Assembly (NCBI GenBank): GCA_034439575.1
Contig: JAWXAQ010000036.1
Span: 1-64,000, forward strand
Length of the DNA: 64,000 bases
Direction: 5' to 3'
DNA from: Leptospira sp.
Lineage (GTDB): Bacteria; Spirochaetota; Leptospiria; Leptospirales; Leptospiraceae
The notes under the pieces were generated by a model. That model saw only the letters and a program-made list of their open reading frames with translations, was not told where the DNA came from and made no database searches. Shown in pieces: positions 11,155 to 22,829 of the stretch. A program made the translations under genes and the position numbers. Numbering within the stretch: the first letter of the stretch is position 1; each line of letters starts with the position of its first letter.

Positions 11155-12165
11155 ATGTGGAGATATTTTTTAAAACGATTTCTTTTGATTTTTCCTACAC
11201 TCCTTGGTATTACATTCGTGGTATTTTTGATTTCTCATTTAGCACCGGGTGGACCTTTAGATAGCGAAATTGCAAAAATTAAAGGCGCCGCAAATCAGTC
11301 AGGAGCATCTACAAAACAAATTTCTAAAGAAGAAATTGAACTCATTAAAAAGAGACTCCATCTCGACAAACCTATCCCTATTGCTTATTTATATTGGTTA
11401 AAACAGATCGTAGTATTTGACTTAGGTGAATCACGTCTTCATTCCAGAAAAGTAACGGATTTAATTTTAGAAAAACTTCCCGTGTCTCTATTTTTCGGTT
11501 TGTCTGGTTTTTTTCTAACCTATCTTATATGTATACCTTTGGGCATTCAAAAAGCCTTAAAAGAAGGGAGTAACTTTGATATTTACACTAGTTTTATCAT
11601 ATTTTTTACTTACTCTTTACCTGTTTTCGCCTTCGCTATGTTATTGTTATATTTGTTCGCATCTGGCGAAGTATTTTCATTTTTTCCATTGGGGCACGAA
11701 GTTTCAGATTACTACGAGGACTTATCATTTTTTGGGAAAGTCAATGATCGTATAAGCCATATGTTTTTACCCGTTATATGTTATGTGGTGGGTTCATTTG
11801 CTGTCCTCACACTCCTGATGAAAAATAGTTTATTGGACCAAATTGCCAAAGAATATGTAAGGACTGCCGTTTCGAAAGGACTTAGTTTTTCTGATGCGGT
11901 TTTTAAACACGCTTTTAGAAATTCATTAATTCCCATTGCCACAGGTTTTGGCAGTAATCTGACGCTTATATTTTCGGGTTCACTTTTTATTGAATTGGTT
12001 TTTAATATTGATGGTATGGGACTATTGAGTTTTGAAGCTGTCAGAGAAAGAGATACTGATCTTATGATGGGCCTTCTATTGGCACAAAGTTTTTTGGGCT
12101 TAATCGGAAAAATAATATCTGATTTTTGTTATGTGGCAATTGATCCAAGGATAAACTTTGAATGA
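11155..12165 (+). CDS. yejB: Peptide ABC transporter permease (YejB/OppB-like)
   Basis: LAPGGP, FDLGES, EAA loop [29 protein letters not shown]. Confidence 0.85.
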   Translation: MWRYFLKRFLLIFPTLLGITFVVFLISHLAPGGPLDSEIAKIKGAANQSGASTKQISKEEIELIKKRLHLDKPIPIAYLYWLKQIVVFDLGESRLHSRKVTDLILEKLPVSLFFGLSGFFLTYLICIPLGIQKALKEGSNFDIYTSFIIFFTYSLPVFAFAMLLLYLFASGEVFSFFPLGHEVSDYYEDLSFFGKVNDRISHMFLPVICYVVGSFAVLTLLMKNSLLDQIAKEYVRTAVSKGLSFSDAVFKHAFRNSLIPIATGFGSNLTLIFSGSLFIELVFNIDGMGLLSFEAVRERDTDLMMGLLLAQSFLGLIGKIISDFCYVAIDPRINFE

Positions 12166-13211
12166 ATTTTATAAAAAATCCAGCTAACTTACGCAAGTGG
12201 AAAAAATTCAAATCTAATAAACGTGCCTACTATTCTTTACTGATACTTTTTTATTCCTATTTAATTTCTCTCTTATCGCCAGTATTATTAAATAATAAGC
12301 CACTTTTCATTCATTATCAAAATGAAATTTATTTCCCAATTATTTTTTTCTATCCTGAATCTAAGTTTGGTGGTGAACAACAAACAGAACCAAACTATAA
12401 AAAATTAGCCCTTAGCGAACAATTTCAAAAGTCGGAAAATTTTATGGTTTTTCCGATTGTTCCCTTTGGAGTGAATGAAGATAATTTAGAAAGCCTAGAA
12501 GAGGGTTCAAACCCTCCTTCAAAACCCACACTTGTTCATTGGCTTGGAACAGATGATAGGGGGCGCGATGTATTTACTCGAATCATTTATGGTTACCGAT
12601 TGGCAATGACCTTTAGTTTGATTCTTGTGATCGTAGAAATTTTACTTGCTTCGATTATTGGTGGCATTCAAGGATTTTTTGTAGGCAATGTTGATTTACT
12701 TCTTCAACGAGTGATTGAAGTTCTATCTGCCATACCATTTTTATATTTAATTTTAATCATGGGTGCCTTTTTTGGTAGAAGTTTTAATGTTCTACTTTTC
12801 ACCTACGGTGCGTTAAGTTGGATAGGCTTGAGTTATTATTTGCGAGGTGAATTTTTAAAACTTAGAAATTTATCATTCGTGGATGCCGCTCGTTCCATGG
12901 GTGTTTCCTCATGGTCAATTATTACGAGGCACCTATTGCCAAATTCATTAACTCCACTTGTAACCTTTTTGCCTTTTATTTTGATTTCTGCGATATCCGT
13001 ATTATCAGCTTTAGATTTTTTGGGTTATGGGATACCTGCTCCAAATCCTTCTTGGGGAGAATTGATTGGCCAAGGTCGTGAAAGGTTAAGTGCTTGGTGG
13101 TTAATTACTTTTCCATCCATAGCACTATTTTTAGCCATCCTATTATCAGCGTTTGTTGGTGAGGGATTAAGAGATGCCTTTGATCCTAAAGAAAAGGTAA
13201 TCTATAAATGA
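12162..13211 (+). CDS. yejE: Peptide ABC transporter permease (YejE/OppC-like)
   Basis: [42 protein letters not shown] overlap with upstream gene. Confidence 0.85.
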   Translation: MNFIKNPANLRKWKKFKSNKRAYYSLLILFYSYLISLLSPVLLNNKPLFIHYQNEIYFPIIFFYPESKFGGEQQTEPNYKKLALSEQFQKSENFMVFPIVPFGVNEDNLESLEEGSNPPSKPTLVHWLGTDDRGRDVFTRIIYGYRLAMTFSLILVIVEILLASIIGGIQGFFVGNVDLLLQRVIEVLSAIPFLYLILIMGAFFGRSFNVLLFTYGALSWIGLSYYLRGEFLKLRNLSFVDAARSMGVSSWSIITRHLLPNSLTPLVTFLPFILISAISVLSALDFLGYGIPAPNPSWGELIGQGRERLSAWWLITFPSIALFLAILLSAFVGEGLRDAFDPKEKVIYK

Positions 13212-14191
13212 TTAACGATGTGAAAACAGATTTATTAAAAGTAGAGAATCTTTCTGTTATTTTAAATACAGAAGAAGGTAAATTATCAATCATTGAAAAT
13301 ATTTCATTTGCGATCGCAGAACGAGAGATATTCGCATTGGTGGGAGAATCTGGATGTGGAAAATCTATAAGTTCACTTGCATTAACTCGACTTTTACCTG
13401 CAAACCAAGCAGAATACCCAAAGAGTAAAATCTTATTTCAAGGTGAAGATCTGATCCATTGCGATGATTCTATATTAAGAAATTTACGCGGAAATGATAT
13501 CGCATATATTTTCCAAGAACCGTTTACTTCCTTAAATCCCTTGCAAAAAATTGGCGATCAATTGATTGAAGGTTTTCTATATCACAAGCTAGGTGATAAA
13601 AAACAAGCTTTGGAAAAAGCGAAACGTCTTCTGTTGAGAGTTGGCATTTCTGACGCCGAACAAAGATTAAATCAATATCCAAATCAATTTTCTGGTGGTA
13701 TGTTGCAGAGAGTGTCTATCGCAATGGCTCTCATGTGCGATCCAAAACTTTTGATCGCGGATGAACCAACATCAGCGATCGATGTCACTATACAATTACA
13801 ACTCATCGAGTTACTCCTAGAACTCAAATCTGAAATCAATATGTCTATATTATTTATTTCCCATGATATAGGTTTGGTTTCAAACATTGCAGATCGAATC
13901 GCAGTGATGTATGCAGGAAAAATTGTGGAGATGGGTAAGACAGAAGAAGTCATTGATTCGCCAAAACATCCCTATGCACGAGCATTAATCGATGCTTATC
14001 CGACAAAAGATAAACTTGGAAAACGATTACAAATCATCGAAGGAATAGTTCCTAATCCCAAAGATTATCCAATTGGATGTCATTTTTATGATAGATGCAG
14101 AGAAGCTATTGATAAATGTAAAATTGGTGAGCCTCCATTTAAAAAAATTACAAATACGCAAACGATTCAATGTTATGTGGTAGGCAATTAA
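13208..14191 (+). CDS. oppD: Oligopeptide ABC ATPase OppD/DppD
   Basis: [23 protein letters not shown]-terminal [10 protein letters not shown]. Confidence 0.92.
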   Translation: MINDVKTDLLKVENLSVILNTEEGKLSIIENISFAIAEREIFALVGESGCGKSISSLALTRLLPANQAEYPKSKILFQGEDLIHCDDSILRNLRGNDIAYIFQEPFTSLNPLQKIGDQLIEGFLYHKLGDKKQALEKAKRLLLRVGISDAEQRLNQYPNQFSGGMLQRVSIAMALMCDPKLLIADEPTSAIDVTIQLQLIELLLELKSEINMSILFISHDIGLVSNIADRIAVMYAGKIVEMGKTEEVIDSPKHPYARALIDAYPTKDKLGKRLQIIEGIVPNPKDYPIGCHFYDRCREAIDKCKIGEPPFKKITNTQTIQCYVVGN

Positions 14192-15151
14192 ATGTTAAAA
14201 GTAGAGCATTTAAATGTAGTTTATAAAAATCGTAAAATTTTCTCAATAAAAAGTACCGAGATAATTGCTGTCGAAGATGTCTCATTTCAAATTCCGAAGG
14301 GGAAAATTTTAGGTCTCGTCGGGGAATCTGGTTGCGGAAAATCAACTTTGGGTAGAGCCATTTTACAATTGTTACCTATTCAAAGTGGTAAAATCGAGTA
14401 TGATGATGAAAATATAAGTGAGTTAAATTCTAAAAAACAACTAGCCCTTCGCAAAAAAATTCAAGTTATATTTCAAGATCCTTATTCTTCGTTAAATCCA
14501 CGTTTGACGGTTGGTGAAATTATCTCGGAAGGATTACTCGTTCATCATAAAAATTTGACTCATGAACAAAGATTCATCAAAGCCAAAGAAGTGTTAAAAC
14601 AAGTGAATCTTTCAGCAGACATTCTCAGTCGTTACCCTCATGAATTTTCTGGTGGCCAAAGACAAAGAATTGCCATCGCAAGGGCTTTAATTTTGGAACC
14701 AGAGTTAGTTGTTTGTGATGAAGCCGTGTCTGCTTTAGATATTTCCACTCAAGCCCAAGTGATCAATACTCTCCTAGATTTAAGAGAAAATTTGAAACTT
14801 TCATATTTATTTATTTCGCATGATTTAAACATTGTGAAACACATTTCTGATTTAATAGCTGTTATGTATCTTGGCAAAATCGTAGAATATGGGCCAAAGT
14901 ATTTAATTATGAATTCACCGGCTCATCCATACACTCGTGCCTTGTTTTCTGCAAGTTTCGATATAAAAAATAGAGAGCGTTCCGATCGTTCCCTAAAGGG
15001 GGAAATTCCTAGTATTTCAAATAAACCGAGCGGTTGTTATTTTCATACACGTTGTCCTATAGCGGAAGATATTTGCCAAAAACAAATCCCTGAAGTAAAA
15101 TCATTTTCAGATGGGAGAAAGGTAGCTTGCCATTTTCCATTGGTATCGTAA
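14192..15151 (+). CDS. oppF: Oligopeptide ABC ATPase OppF/DppF
   Basis: [32 protein letters not shown]. Confidence 0.92.
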   Translation: MLKVEHLNVVYKNRKIFSIKSTEIIAVEDVSFQIPKGKILGLVGESGCGKSTLGRAILQLLPIQSGKIEYDDENISELNSKKQLALRKKIQVIFQDPYSSLNPRLTVGEIISEGLLVHHKNLTHEQRFIKAKEVLKQVNLSADILSRYPHEFSGGQRQRIAIARALILEPELVVCDEAVSALDISTQAQVINTLLDLRENLKLSYLFISHDLNIVKHISDLIAVMYLGKIVEYGPKYLIMNSPAHPYTRALFSASFDIKNRERSDRSLKGEIPSISNKPSGCYFHTRCPIAEDICQKQIPEVKSFSDGRKVACHFPLVS

Positions 15152-15162
15152 AATGAAATCGG

Positions 15163-17250
15163 ATGAGCACGAACCTACCTGAAAAAATTAAAAACTATTT
15201 TGGAAGGATTTTCTTAGGTAGTATCTTTCTTATTTCTATGGGAACTTTTTTTTTACTGTATCCCCTGTTAAGTGAGCCAGATTATTATAAAAACCTTATT
15301 TTATTAAAAATTAATGAACAATCAGGTTTGTCATTTAATTACAAAGAATCGGAACCTATTTTTTTACCTTTTCCTGGCATTGAACTTACAGATGTTAATG
15401 TTTCAAAAAATTCAGAAGAAGTCATTCGCGTCAAAAAATTAATCATTCAAATTAATTTTGGAATTTTTATAGGACGAAACTTAGAAATTAGAAAAGTAAT
15501 TTTAAATACTGGAAATATTGAATTAAAAAGGGAAAAAGATGAAACCTTTCCCATTTTATCAAAGTTTTTTGAGCCAACTAACGAAAGTAATGATGATAAT
15601 TCGGCAGATAAGAAAGAAACAAATGACATTCATTCCCCTTTAGAATATGATCAAATTTTTGGAAATTTTCCTCGTAGTATTGTTTTAAAAAACGTAAATA
15701 TAAACTTTGATGATCGATTGTATAATCGAAACTTAGCTTTATATATATGGGATAGCCGTGTTGATTTCGATCTTTATAATCAACAAATTGATTTGGCTTA
15801 TTATGGAAAATTAAACGAAGAAATTTTTCAAATTTACATGAACGTTTCTTTTTTAGAAGGATTGATTACGTATGAAAATTTGAGATTCGAAGGTTCTATA
15901 CACTTCGATGATTTTTCTGGGGTCAATTTATATGATATCTCTGTTATTTTTCCCCATTTAGATTTAACAGAAGCAAAGCTTGATGCAGAAGTTCCATTTT
16001 ACAAAAGAACAGACAATGTCGTTGCTGCTGATTTTAAAAATGCCCACTTAATAAATCTAGCACGAAAGGGGTATCGTCCGTTTATTGATGCTTATATAAA
16101 TGTATTGATTTCATATGATATCAGTACTTCAAAATTAGCTTTTGATAATATTTCTGCCGAATGGAAAGGAAAATTAAAATTATTCGGAAATGGGTTTGTA
16201 ACATTTGTTAAACCGCCAGAATTGCCAACAATTATGTTTGAGGGTGGTTCTGAATATGTGGATGCAGACACCGTAATTAACATTATGCGATTGTTTCTTG
16301 ATCCAGATTTAAGCAAATCTATTTTTACAAGAGATATGCCTGATACCCATTACATTGATAGAATGAATGTATATTTAAATTTTAATTTGAAACGTGCGAA
16401 TTTACGAGGTATTTTTGCGGATGATTTAAGTTTCAATCTTCATTATAACAAAAGTTTGATGAAAATTAAAAAACTAAATGTTAATTTGTACAATGGAAAA
16501 TTAAATGGAACAGGTGGATTTTATTGGGGAGAACAACCAAAATTATCCATTTCAGGCAAATCTGAGGGTGTTTCATTGGACAAATTATTTACTCATCAAT
16601 TTGGATCATCACCTATCACGGGTACACTCGAAACAAATTACACTTTGAATGCTATAGGGAATACAGAGTCTTCTCTTGTTAAGACGTTAAAAATACATGC
16701 TGATTTTTTATCTAGAGACGGCGAATTGTTGAGTTATACAAATATTTTAAAACCTATTAGTTCGATAGGAAATCTCATTTCTCTTAAAAAACTTGATTTC
16801 AATAAATCCACGCCATACAAAGAAATAGCGGTGGATATGGATTATTTTGAAAGAAATTTCCAATTCTCCGATTTTATTTTAAAAGCAGATGGTCTTTCAG
16901 CTAAGGGTGCAGGCGCCATTGATTTAGATAAAAAAATCAATATGAAATTTACGATCGCCTTGCCAGGATTAGCTGGCAATGTTTTGAAACTACCAATTAT
17001 TTATAAAGGTACTTATGGTATCAATTCCCCGTATATTGATCCTATTTGGCTTGGTTCCATCTATGCAGGTACTATTCTTTTAGCGGGGCCTGCTGGTGCA
17101 ACAGTTGGGGGAATTGCAGGTTCTGCCGTATCCGATTATGTAGATAGAGCTGTGGACAAAGTATCAGAATCAGTTCAATCGGGATGGAGTAGTATGAAAG
17201 GAAAATTTACTCAATTATTTTCTAGTGATTCAAATCTTGATGAAAAGTAA
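15163..17250 (+). CDS. AsmA-family protein
   Basis: N-terminal TM anchor, FLPFPGIELTDV start motif, beta-rich body, LYNGKLNG, GAGAIDL C-terminal region. Confidence 0.75.
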   Translation: MSTNLPEKIKNYFGRIFLGSIFLISMGTFFLLYPLLSEPDYYKNLILLKINEQSGLSFNYKESEPIFLPFPGIELTDVNVSKNSEEVIRVKKLIIQINFGIFIGRNLEIRKVILNTGNIELKREKDETFPILSKFFEPTNESNDDNSADKKETNDIHSPLEYDQIFGNFPRSIVLKNVNINFDDRLYNRNLALYIWDSRVDFDLYNQQIDLAYYGKLNEEIFQIYMNVSFLEGLITYENLRFEGSIHFDDFSGVNLYDISVIFPHLDLTEAKLDAEVPFYKRTDNVVAADFKNAHLINLARKGYRPFIDAYINVLISYDISTSKLAFDNISAEWKGKLKLFGNGFVTFVKPPELPTIMFEGGSEYVDADTVINIMRLFLDPDLSKSIFTRDMPDTHYIDRMNVYLNFNLKRANLRGIFADDLSFNLHYNKSLMKIKKLNVNLYNGKLNGTGGFYWGEQPKLSISGKSEGVSLDKLFTHQFGSSPITGTLETNYTLNAIGNTESSLVKTLKIHADFLSRDGELLSYTNILKPISSIGNLISLKKLDFNKSTPYKEIAVDMDYFERNFQFSDFILKADGLSAKGAGAIDLDKKINMKFTIALPGLAGNVLKLPIIYKGTYGINSPYIDPIWLGSIYAGTILLAGPAGATVGGIAGSAVSDYVDRAVDKVSESVQSGWSSMKGKFTQLFSSDSNLDEK

Positions 17251-17358
17251 GTTAAACAATTGGATTTTACATTGAAAAATTGCTGATTGTAATTATTGCT
17301 GTTCATATAAAAAATATAAAATTTAACTAATATTAGATGATTATAGGAGAAAAAAATT

Positions 17359-18315
17359 ATGAAAAAATCGACTCATTTAGGGAATAGCAATTTAAATATA
17401 AATAGAATGGGCCTTGGTTGTATGGGTATGTCGGAATTTTATGGCTCTTTCAATGAATTAGAATCCATTGAAACTTTGCTCAGAGCCATTGATTTAGGTA
17501 TCAACTTCTTTGATACAGCAGATATGTACGGAAGTGGAGAAAATGAAAGGTTGCTCGGAAAGGCATTTAAAGGTCACTGGCACAAGGTTATATTAGCTAC
17601 GAAATTTGGTGTTATGCGAGGACCAAATGGAGAATGGCTTGGACTTAATGGGCAATCAGAATATATCAAGAAGGCTTGTGAGCAGAGTTTATTAAACTTG
17701 GGAACTGAAACTATTGATTTATATTATATGCACCGCCAAGATCCAGTAGTAGAGATTGAAGAGATCGTCGGTACTATGTCTGATTTAATTAAACAAGGCA
17801 AAGTCAAATGCATTGGACTATCTGAGGTTGATGCGAAAACTTTGAGGCGCGCCCATAAAATTCACCCGATAACAGCACTTCAAACAGAATATTCTTTATG
17901 GAGTCGTGAACCAGAATTGGAGCTTTTTGATGTTTGTCAAGAGCTTGGGATCACGTTTGTTTCTTATAGTCCTTTGGGACGAGGTTTCTTGACAGGATCC
18001 ATGAAAAGTCGAGCTGATTTGGAAGTTGGAGATTTCAGATTAAGTAATCCTCGTTTTACTGAAGAGGCTTTCAGGGAAAATCTCAAATTTGTAAATGTGT
18101 TAGATGAAGTTGCACAGGAAAAAAATGTAACAAAAGCACAAATTGCTTTATCTTGGGTATTGAGTCGAAATGAAGAAATTACTGTGATACCAGGGACAAG
18201 AAAAATTCATCGATTAGAGGAGAATTTAGGTGCAATGAATGTGGAATTAACAAAGGCGGATTTCGATAGGATCGAATCTGGTTTGCCAAAAATAACTATT
18301 GGAAGTCGTTATTAG
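17359..18315 (+). CDS. Aldo/keto reductase
   Basis: GLGCMGMS, FDTADMYG, ATKFG, DLYYMHR, YSPLGRG, IPGT. Confidence 0.96.
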   Translation: MKKSTHLGNSNLNINRMGLGCMGMSEFYGSFNELESIETLLRAIDLGINFFDTADMYGSGENERLLGKAFKGHWHKVILATKFGVMRGPNGEWLGLNGQSEYIKKACEQSLLNLGTETIDLYYMHRQDPVVEIEEIVGTMSDLIKQGKVKCIGLSEVDAKTLRRAHKIHPITALQTEYSLWSREPELELFDVCQELGITFVSYSPLGRGFLTGSMKSRADLEVGDFRLSNPRFTEEAFRENLKFVNVLDEVAQEKNVTKAQIALSWVLSRNEEITVIPGTRKIHRLEENLGAMNVELTKADFDRIESGLPKITIGSRY

Positions 18316-18360
18316 CTAGTGTTAGTTGATAACTGAAATTGGTTTTCAGAAACCAGACTC

Positions 18361-20169
18361 TTAAAGATTCTCGCGTATAGGAATTCCTTCTTTTCTTAAT
18401 ATGCGCAATGCGTTTGTAGTTTTTGAAATTCCTTCTCGTAAGTGATAATCAAAGTACATTTGCCCATCTTTTTCCAATTCTGTAAAATGATAAAGTTTGG
18501 CACCAGGAATTTCAGCTAAGTCCAAGTCATGAGTAGTTAAAAATACTATGGCTCCCTTTTCTTTTAATGCATTCAAAATTTCTCTCGTGGCAATTTGTCT
18601 TTCTCGTGAGTTTGTGCCTTTGAGAATTTCATCTAAAAATAAAATTGATATTTCATTTGAGGCATCAGAATTTCTTATTATCTCTGATAATCGCCTAACT
18701 TCAGAATAGAAAAAAGAGATTCCATTTTCTAGAGAATCTTGGGAACGAATGAGTGTATGTATTTTAAAATTTGTAAGTTTGATCGCAGAACCACAGATTG
18801 GACCGCCAATCCCAGCTAACAATAAATTTATGGCTATAGATCGGAGGTATGTAGTTTTTCCCGACATATTGGAACCAGTTAGGATCATAAGATTTCCTGT
18901 TTCAATTTTTGGCAAAGGATTGGAAATTCTTTGTTTTGCCATAATTAGTGGATGTGCTATTTCATTTGCTTCAAAACTTTTGTCGTTTGTCCAAATCGGA
19001 AAATCAAAGTCAGGATTGAGGAAGGCGAATTGTGCAATCGGTAGATTGGCTTCTAAACGAATCCATGATTCTCTTTTGGAATCCCATTCTTTTTTATAGA
19101 ATTGGTTCCACTTAAAGTATGCTTTTACTTTCCAAAGATCCCATAGAAACAGAATATTTAAGGCAAAATGAGGGATGGGAGAGATGACCCAATAGCTAGA
19201 GTTGGTTAACTTCTGCATTGAGTTTAACATGGCTTTGGTTTTGTTTCGATTTTTTGGATCCATTCGTACCCAAGCCCATTTAATATTCATTATGGATTCT
19301 TGGTAGGTTTGGATCTGTTTCCAAATTTTAGTAGAATCTTTTTTGTAAAATACAAAAAGGATCAAATTGATAAGAAGCAATAAAGGTGAGAACGGAAGGG
19401 AAAAAATGGAAGAAAGGATTAGCCAAACAGGAGTAAATATTCCCCAAAAAGGAAATATAAGCTTTAATAACTTTCGTTTTTCCCAAAAAGGAATTTGGAC
19501 ACTTGATGTGTAGATAGAAAACTTTTCTTTGGAATCTGAGACATGAGGTAAAGACTTTCTTAAAAATTGGTATGGTAAAAATTTATTTTTGATCAAATCT
19601 TGGACATCTTTTTGCAATTTTATCGAATCAACATTTTGAATTTGCAAAAAAGAATTTAAAAATAATGACCAAGCTTCTTTGGAAACAGTGGTATCCAGAT
19701 AAGGAAATAATCCTTGTTTGGTGCAAAGATCAAGGTCAATGCTTAGTGGGTGATTACGAATTTTTTCTTCATATTCCCAAATTTCATAACCTTCTAAAGA
19801 TTTTATATTTCCATTCTTTCGTGAAATCTCCCTGTCCAAAAATATAAGGTTTCGTTGAATCTTCTCTAAGTGTTCCTTTTTATGCTGATACAGAAATACT
19901 AAATGTAAAAAGAAAGCTGTAGGTAAGAGAAGTGTCACATAATATAGAGTAGGTGCTATTGAAAAATATAAACATGAAAATAAGATAGGTAAGGATAAGA
20001 ATACGACTAATCTAAGTCTTGATAGATTTCGTAATTTGTTTTTCTTATTGGAACTGATTCGAGAGTAACGTAATTTTGATTTTTCTAGGAATCGTGCGGG
20101 GAAATCAGATATAGCGGGGGCGTTCGTAATTTTCTTCTTCTCTTCTTGTGATTTCTGTGTCGAGTACAC
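18361..20169 (-). CDS. Membrane-anchored MutS domain-V ATPase (MutS-like); start uncertain
   Basis: N-terminal TM helices, [42 protein letters not shown]. Confidence 0.88.
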   Translation of the reverse strand: MYSTQKSQEEKKKITNAPAISDFPARFLEKSKLRYSRISSNKKNKLRNLSRLRLVVFLSLPILFSCLYFSIAPTLYYVTLLLPTAFFLHLVFLYQHKKEHLEKIQRNLIFLDREISRKNGNIKSLEGYEIWEYEEKIRNHPLSIDLDLCTKQGLFPYLDTTVSKEAWSLFLNSFLQIQNVDSIKLQKDVQDLIKNKFLPYQFLRKSLPHVSDSKEKFSIYTSSVQIPFWEKRKLLKLIFPFWGIFTPVWLILSSIFSLPFSPLLLLINLILFVFYKKDSTKIWKQIQTYQESIMNIKWAWVRMDPKNRNKTKAMLNSMQKLTNSSYWVISPIPHFALNILFLWDLWKVKAYFKWNQFYKKEWDSKRESWIRLEANLPIAQFAFLNPDFDFPIWTNDKSFEANEIAHPLIMAKQRISNPLPKIETGNLMILTGSNMSGKTTYLRSIAINLLLAGIGGPICGSAIKLTNFKIHTLIRSQDSLENGISFFYSEVRRLSEIIRNSDASNEISILFLDEILKGTNSRERQIATREILNALKEKGAIVFLTTHDLDLAEIPGAKLYHFTELEKDGQMYFDYHLREGISKTTNALRILRKEGIPIRENL

Positions 20170-20335
20170 GGATTAGACTGCCGAGGTCACTGAGACGCCA
20201 TTTATCAATCAATTTGCCACGATCTCTGCCTGAAAATTTGTCGAGGTACAGAGTCCCAAAGAGATCCTCTCCATATTCATAGGCAATGAAACGTCCGTTT
20301 CTTTTCCCAGTAGAATTTACCATGCGAATTGTCAT
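20105..20335 (-). CDS. Small WGR-domain-like protein
   Basis: [26 protein letters not shown] resembles WGR consensus RFY..DLFG..L..WGR.G; start set at MTIR. Confidence 0.55.
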   Translation of the reverse strand: MTIRMVNSTGKRNGRFIAYEYGEDLFGTLYLDKFSGRDRGKLIDKWRLSDLGSLIRVLDTEITRREEENYERPRYI

Positions 20336-20422
20336 AAACCAGTACCAAAAATATTTCAAAAAAAAATAGTACAAGCGATTTTTTTTGCTTCAGCTTTTTC
20401 TTTTAGGTGCGATAACTATATT

Positions 20423-20496
20423 GGGGGTAGGCTACTTGTCACGGATGACAAAACCTACAAATACAAATCCCCCCGGAACCAGAGACGCACGGAGGC
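20423..20496 (+). promoter_or_regulatory. Structured 5' leader with CsrA/RsmA-type GGA loops
   Basis: TCACGGATGA (20439-20448) in a TTGTCA/TGACAA stem; GCACGGAGGC (20487-20496) over the SD. Confidence 0.6.
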
Positions 20497-20500
20497 TGAC

Positions 20501-20713
20501 ATGGATTTCTACACAGATATGGACACTGAGCTTAAGAGCTCATTTACTACACAAGACCAATTTTACACAAACGTACAAGACGAAACTCTCTTCCCACAAT
20601 TAGGCTTAAAAGCCCGCAATTTACTGAACACAAACCAAATGGTAAAACTTACCGAAATTCGCAAAAGGCACCTCAAAAAAGGGGACCAACAATCCAATTT
20701 CAATTGGGATTAA
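20501..20713 (+). CDS. Small hypothetical protein (70 aa)
   Basis: GGAGG 5 nt before ATG; occupies an otherwise empty gap. Confidence 0.65.
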   Translation: MDFYTDMDTELKSSFTTQDQFYTNVQDETLFPQLGLKARNLLNTNQMVKLTEIRKRHLKKGDQQSNFNWD

Positions 20714-20780
20714 ACCAAAATTATCTTGACCATCTGGAAAAGCCAAGTAGTCTGAAGACCGCTTTTTCAGATGGAGAGAT

Positions 20781-22829
20781 ATGGCAAATAACCTAGCAGA
20801 AGTTTACAAAGAATCCGCGGACAAATTCGGTCCAAGACCAGCATTTTGGTATAAAAATGCGGCTAAAAACTACGAGGCACTCACTTACAAACAATTATAT
20901 GAGGATGGCCTTGCTCTCGCCGAAGCTCTGATAGACTTAGGAGTCAAAGCCAGAGAAAATGTTGCTGTACTTGCAGACAATCGAGTGGAGTGGATCTTAT
21001 CCGACTGTGCCGTGTTACTCGCTGGTGCCGCCAACGTACCAAGAGGATCAGATATCACTGATTCAGAAATCGTTTATATCTTAAGTCACTCTGGTGCCAA
21101 AGTTGTTTTTATCGAAAATGATAAAGTTTACGAAAAGTATAAAGCTAACAAGAGTCAGATCAAGGGAATCAAAACCATCATCATCATGGACAAAGATTCC
21201 AAGTTAAAATCTGGATCTGGCATTGAGAAATTTCATGACTTACTTGCGACGGGGCGTACACTTCGATCAAAAGGAAAAAAAGAAACTGAAAAGCGTATGG
21301 AAGGTATCAAACCTGACGACCTTTATACTTTGATTTATACATCCGGAACGACGGGAATGCCAAAAGGTGTGATGCTCATGCACTCCAACATGATCCACCA
21401 AATGCATTATGTAGTGCCAAAAGTTGCAAAGGTGACACCTGACGATCGTATGTTGTCAATACTTCCAGTATGGCATATCTTTGAAAGAGTTGTGGAATAT
21501 TTTGCCATTATCAATGGAGGGTCGACTTATTATACGAAGGTGACTGACCTTCGCAATGACATCCAAAAAGCAAGACCTACATTTATGGCTTCTGCTCCTC
21601 GTGTCTGGGAAAGTATCTATAATGGTATTTACACTCGTATCAATGACCCGAAACAAACTCCGCCCGTAAGAAAGGCTCTATTTAACATCGCCTATTTTTT
21701 CTCAAAACACTACCATGCCTCGGTTCGTTTTTTAAAAGGATTGGAAGTCGATTATGAAGGTAGAAATATAGTAAAATCATTGGGACTTGGTGCTATAGCT
21801 ATTGTTAAATGGCTTTTGACTGCGCCATTTACAGTCTCAATCCTTTCTGCAGGATTAGCTATTTATCTTGGAAATGTTGGATGTAGTTTTTCTACAGTCG
21901 CATGGATTGTAGCCGGCTTTGGTTTGATTCTCAATGTGTATACATTGGATAAAATCGTACTTTCAAAGATTCGTCTCGCCACGGGTGGTCATTTGAGAGC
22001 TACTTTATCCGGTGGAGGTGCTCTTCAGAAACACGTGGATGCATTCTTTATGGATATTGGTATCACTGTTTTAGAAGGATACGGAATGACAGAAACAGGA
22101 CCAGTTATTTCAGCTCGTACGTTTGAAAGACCTATCATGGGTTCGGTGGGTGATGTTGTCCAATTATCCGAAGTACAAATTAGAGATGATGCTGGGAAAG
22201 TTCTTTGTCATATAGACGACAAAAAGAATATCCTCTCTGGCAAAATGGGTGTGAAAGGAGTAGTTCACATCAAAGGGCCACAAGTGATGAAAGGGTATTA
22301 TAAAAATCCAGAAACGACTGCGAAAACCATAGTTGATTCTTGGTTAAATACGGGTGACATTGGAATGGTTAACTTTAAAAAAACCATTACCTTAACTGGT
22401 CGTGCGAAAGACACCATAGTATTGCTAGGTGGTGAAAACGTTGAGCCTGTACCGATTGAAAATAAAATTGATGAATCACCATACATACGTCAGTCGATGG
22501 TTGTCGGACAAGACCAAAAAGTACTCGGAGCTATCATCGTTCCTGACTTTGATGCACTCAATGCCTGGGCACAAGACAACGGAATTACAGAAACAAAACC
22601 TGAAAAATTGATTCAACATCCAAAGGTGATGGATTTCTATAAAAAAGAAGTTCGAAATTTCAACAGTGTCAAAACTGGCTTCAAAAACTTTGAACAAGTG
22701 CAATATGTATTACTAGTTCAAAAACCATTTGAAATTGGGGATGAATTAACAAACTTATTGAAAATGAAACGCCATGTGATCACTGAAAAGTACAAAGATC
22801 GGATTTTGGATCTCTACAAAAATAGTTAA
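20781..22829 (+). CDS. fadD: Long-chain fatty acid-CoA ligase
   Basis: [43 protein letters not shown]. Confidence 0.93.
   Translation: MANNLAEVYKESADKFGPRPAFWYKNAAKNYEALTYKQLYEDGLALAEALIDLGVKARENVAVLADNRVEWILSDCAVLLAGAANVPRGSDITDSEIVYILSHSGAKVVFIENDKVYEKYKANKSQIKGIKTIIIMDKDSKLKSGSGIEKFHDLLATGRTLRSKGKKETEKRMEGIKPDDLYTLIYTSGTTGMPKGVMLMHSNMIHQMHYVVPKVAKVTPDDRMLSILPVWHIFERVVEYFAIINGGSTYYTKVTDLRNDIQKARPTFMASAPRVWESIYNGIYTRINDPKQTPPVRKALFNIAYFFSKHYHASVRFLKGLEVDYEGRNIVKSLGLGAIAIVKWLLTAPFTVSILSAGLAIYLGNVGCSFSTVAWIVAGFGLILNVYTLDKIVLSKIRLATGGHLRATLSGGGALQKHVDAFFMDIGITVLEGYGMTETGPVISARTFERPIMGSVGDVVQLSEVQIRDDAGKVLCHIDDKKNILSGKMGVKGVVHIKGPQVMKGYYKNPETTAKTIVDSWLNTGDIGMVNFKKTITLTGRAKDTIVLLGGENVEPVPIENKIDESPYIRQSMVVGQDQKVLGAIIVPDFDALNAWAQDNGITETKPEKLIQHPKVMDFYKKEVRNFNSVKTGFKNFEQVQYVLLVQKPFEIGDELTNLLKMKRHVITEKYKDRILDLYKNS

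Noticed and set aside
20336-20400. SOS box upstream of the WGR-like/MutS-like genes
   Set aside because: No TTTG-N5-CAAA or other LexA-type palindrome found, only A/T runs
20423-20500. Leader as a c-di-GMP or other metabolite riboswitch
   Set aside because: GAGACGCAC only loosely resembles GEMM elements and the rest of the consensus is missing; the CsrA pattern fits better. An Rfam scan would settle it
20385-20603. 72-aa ORF with a hydrophobic start
   Set aside because: No RBS; it runs through the structured leader and overlaps the better-supported 20501 ORF
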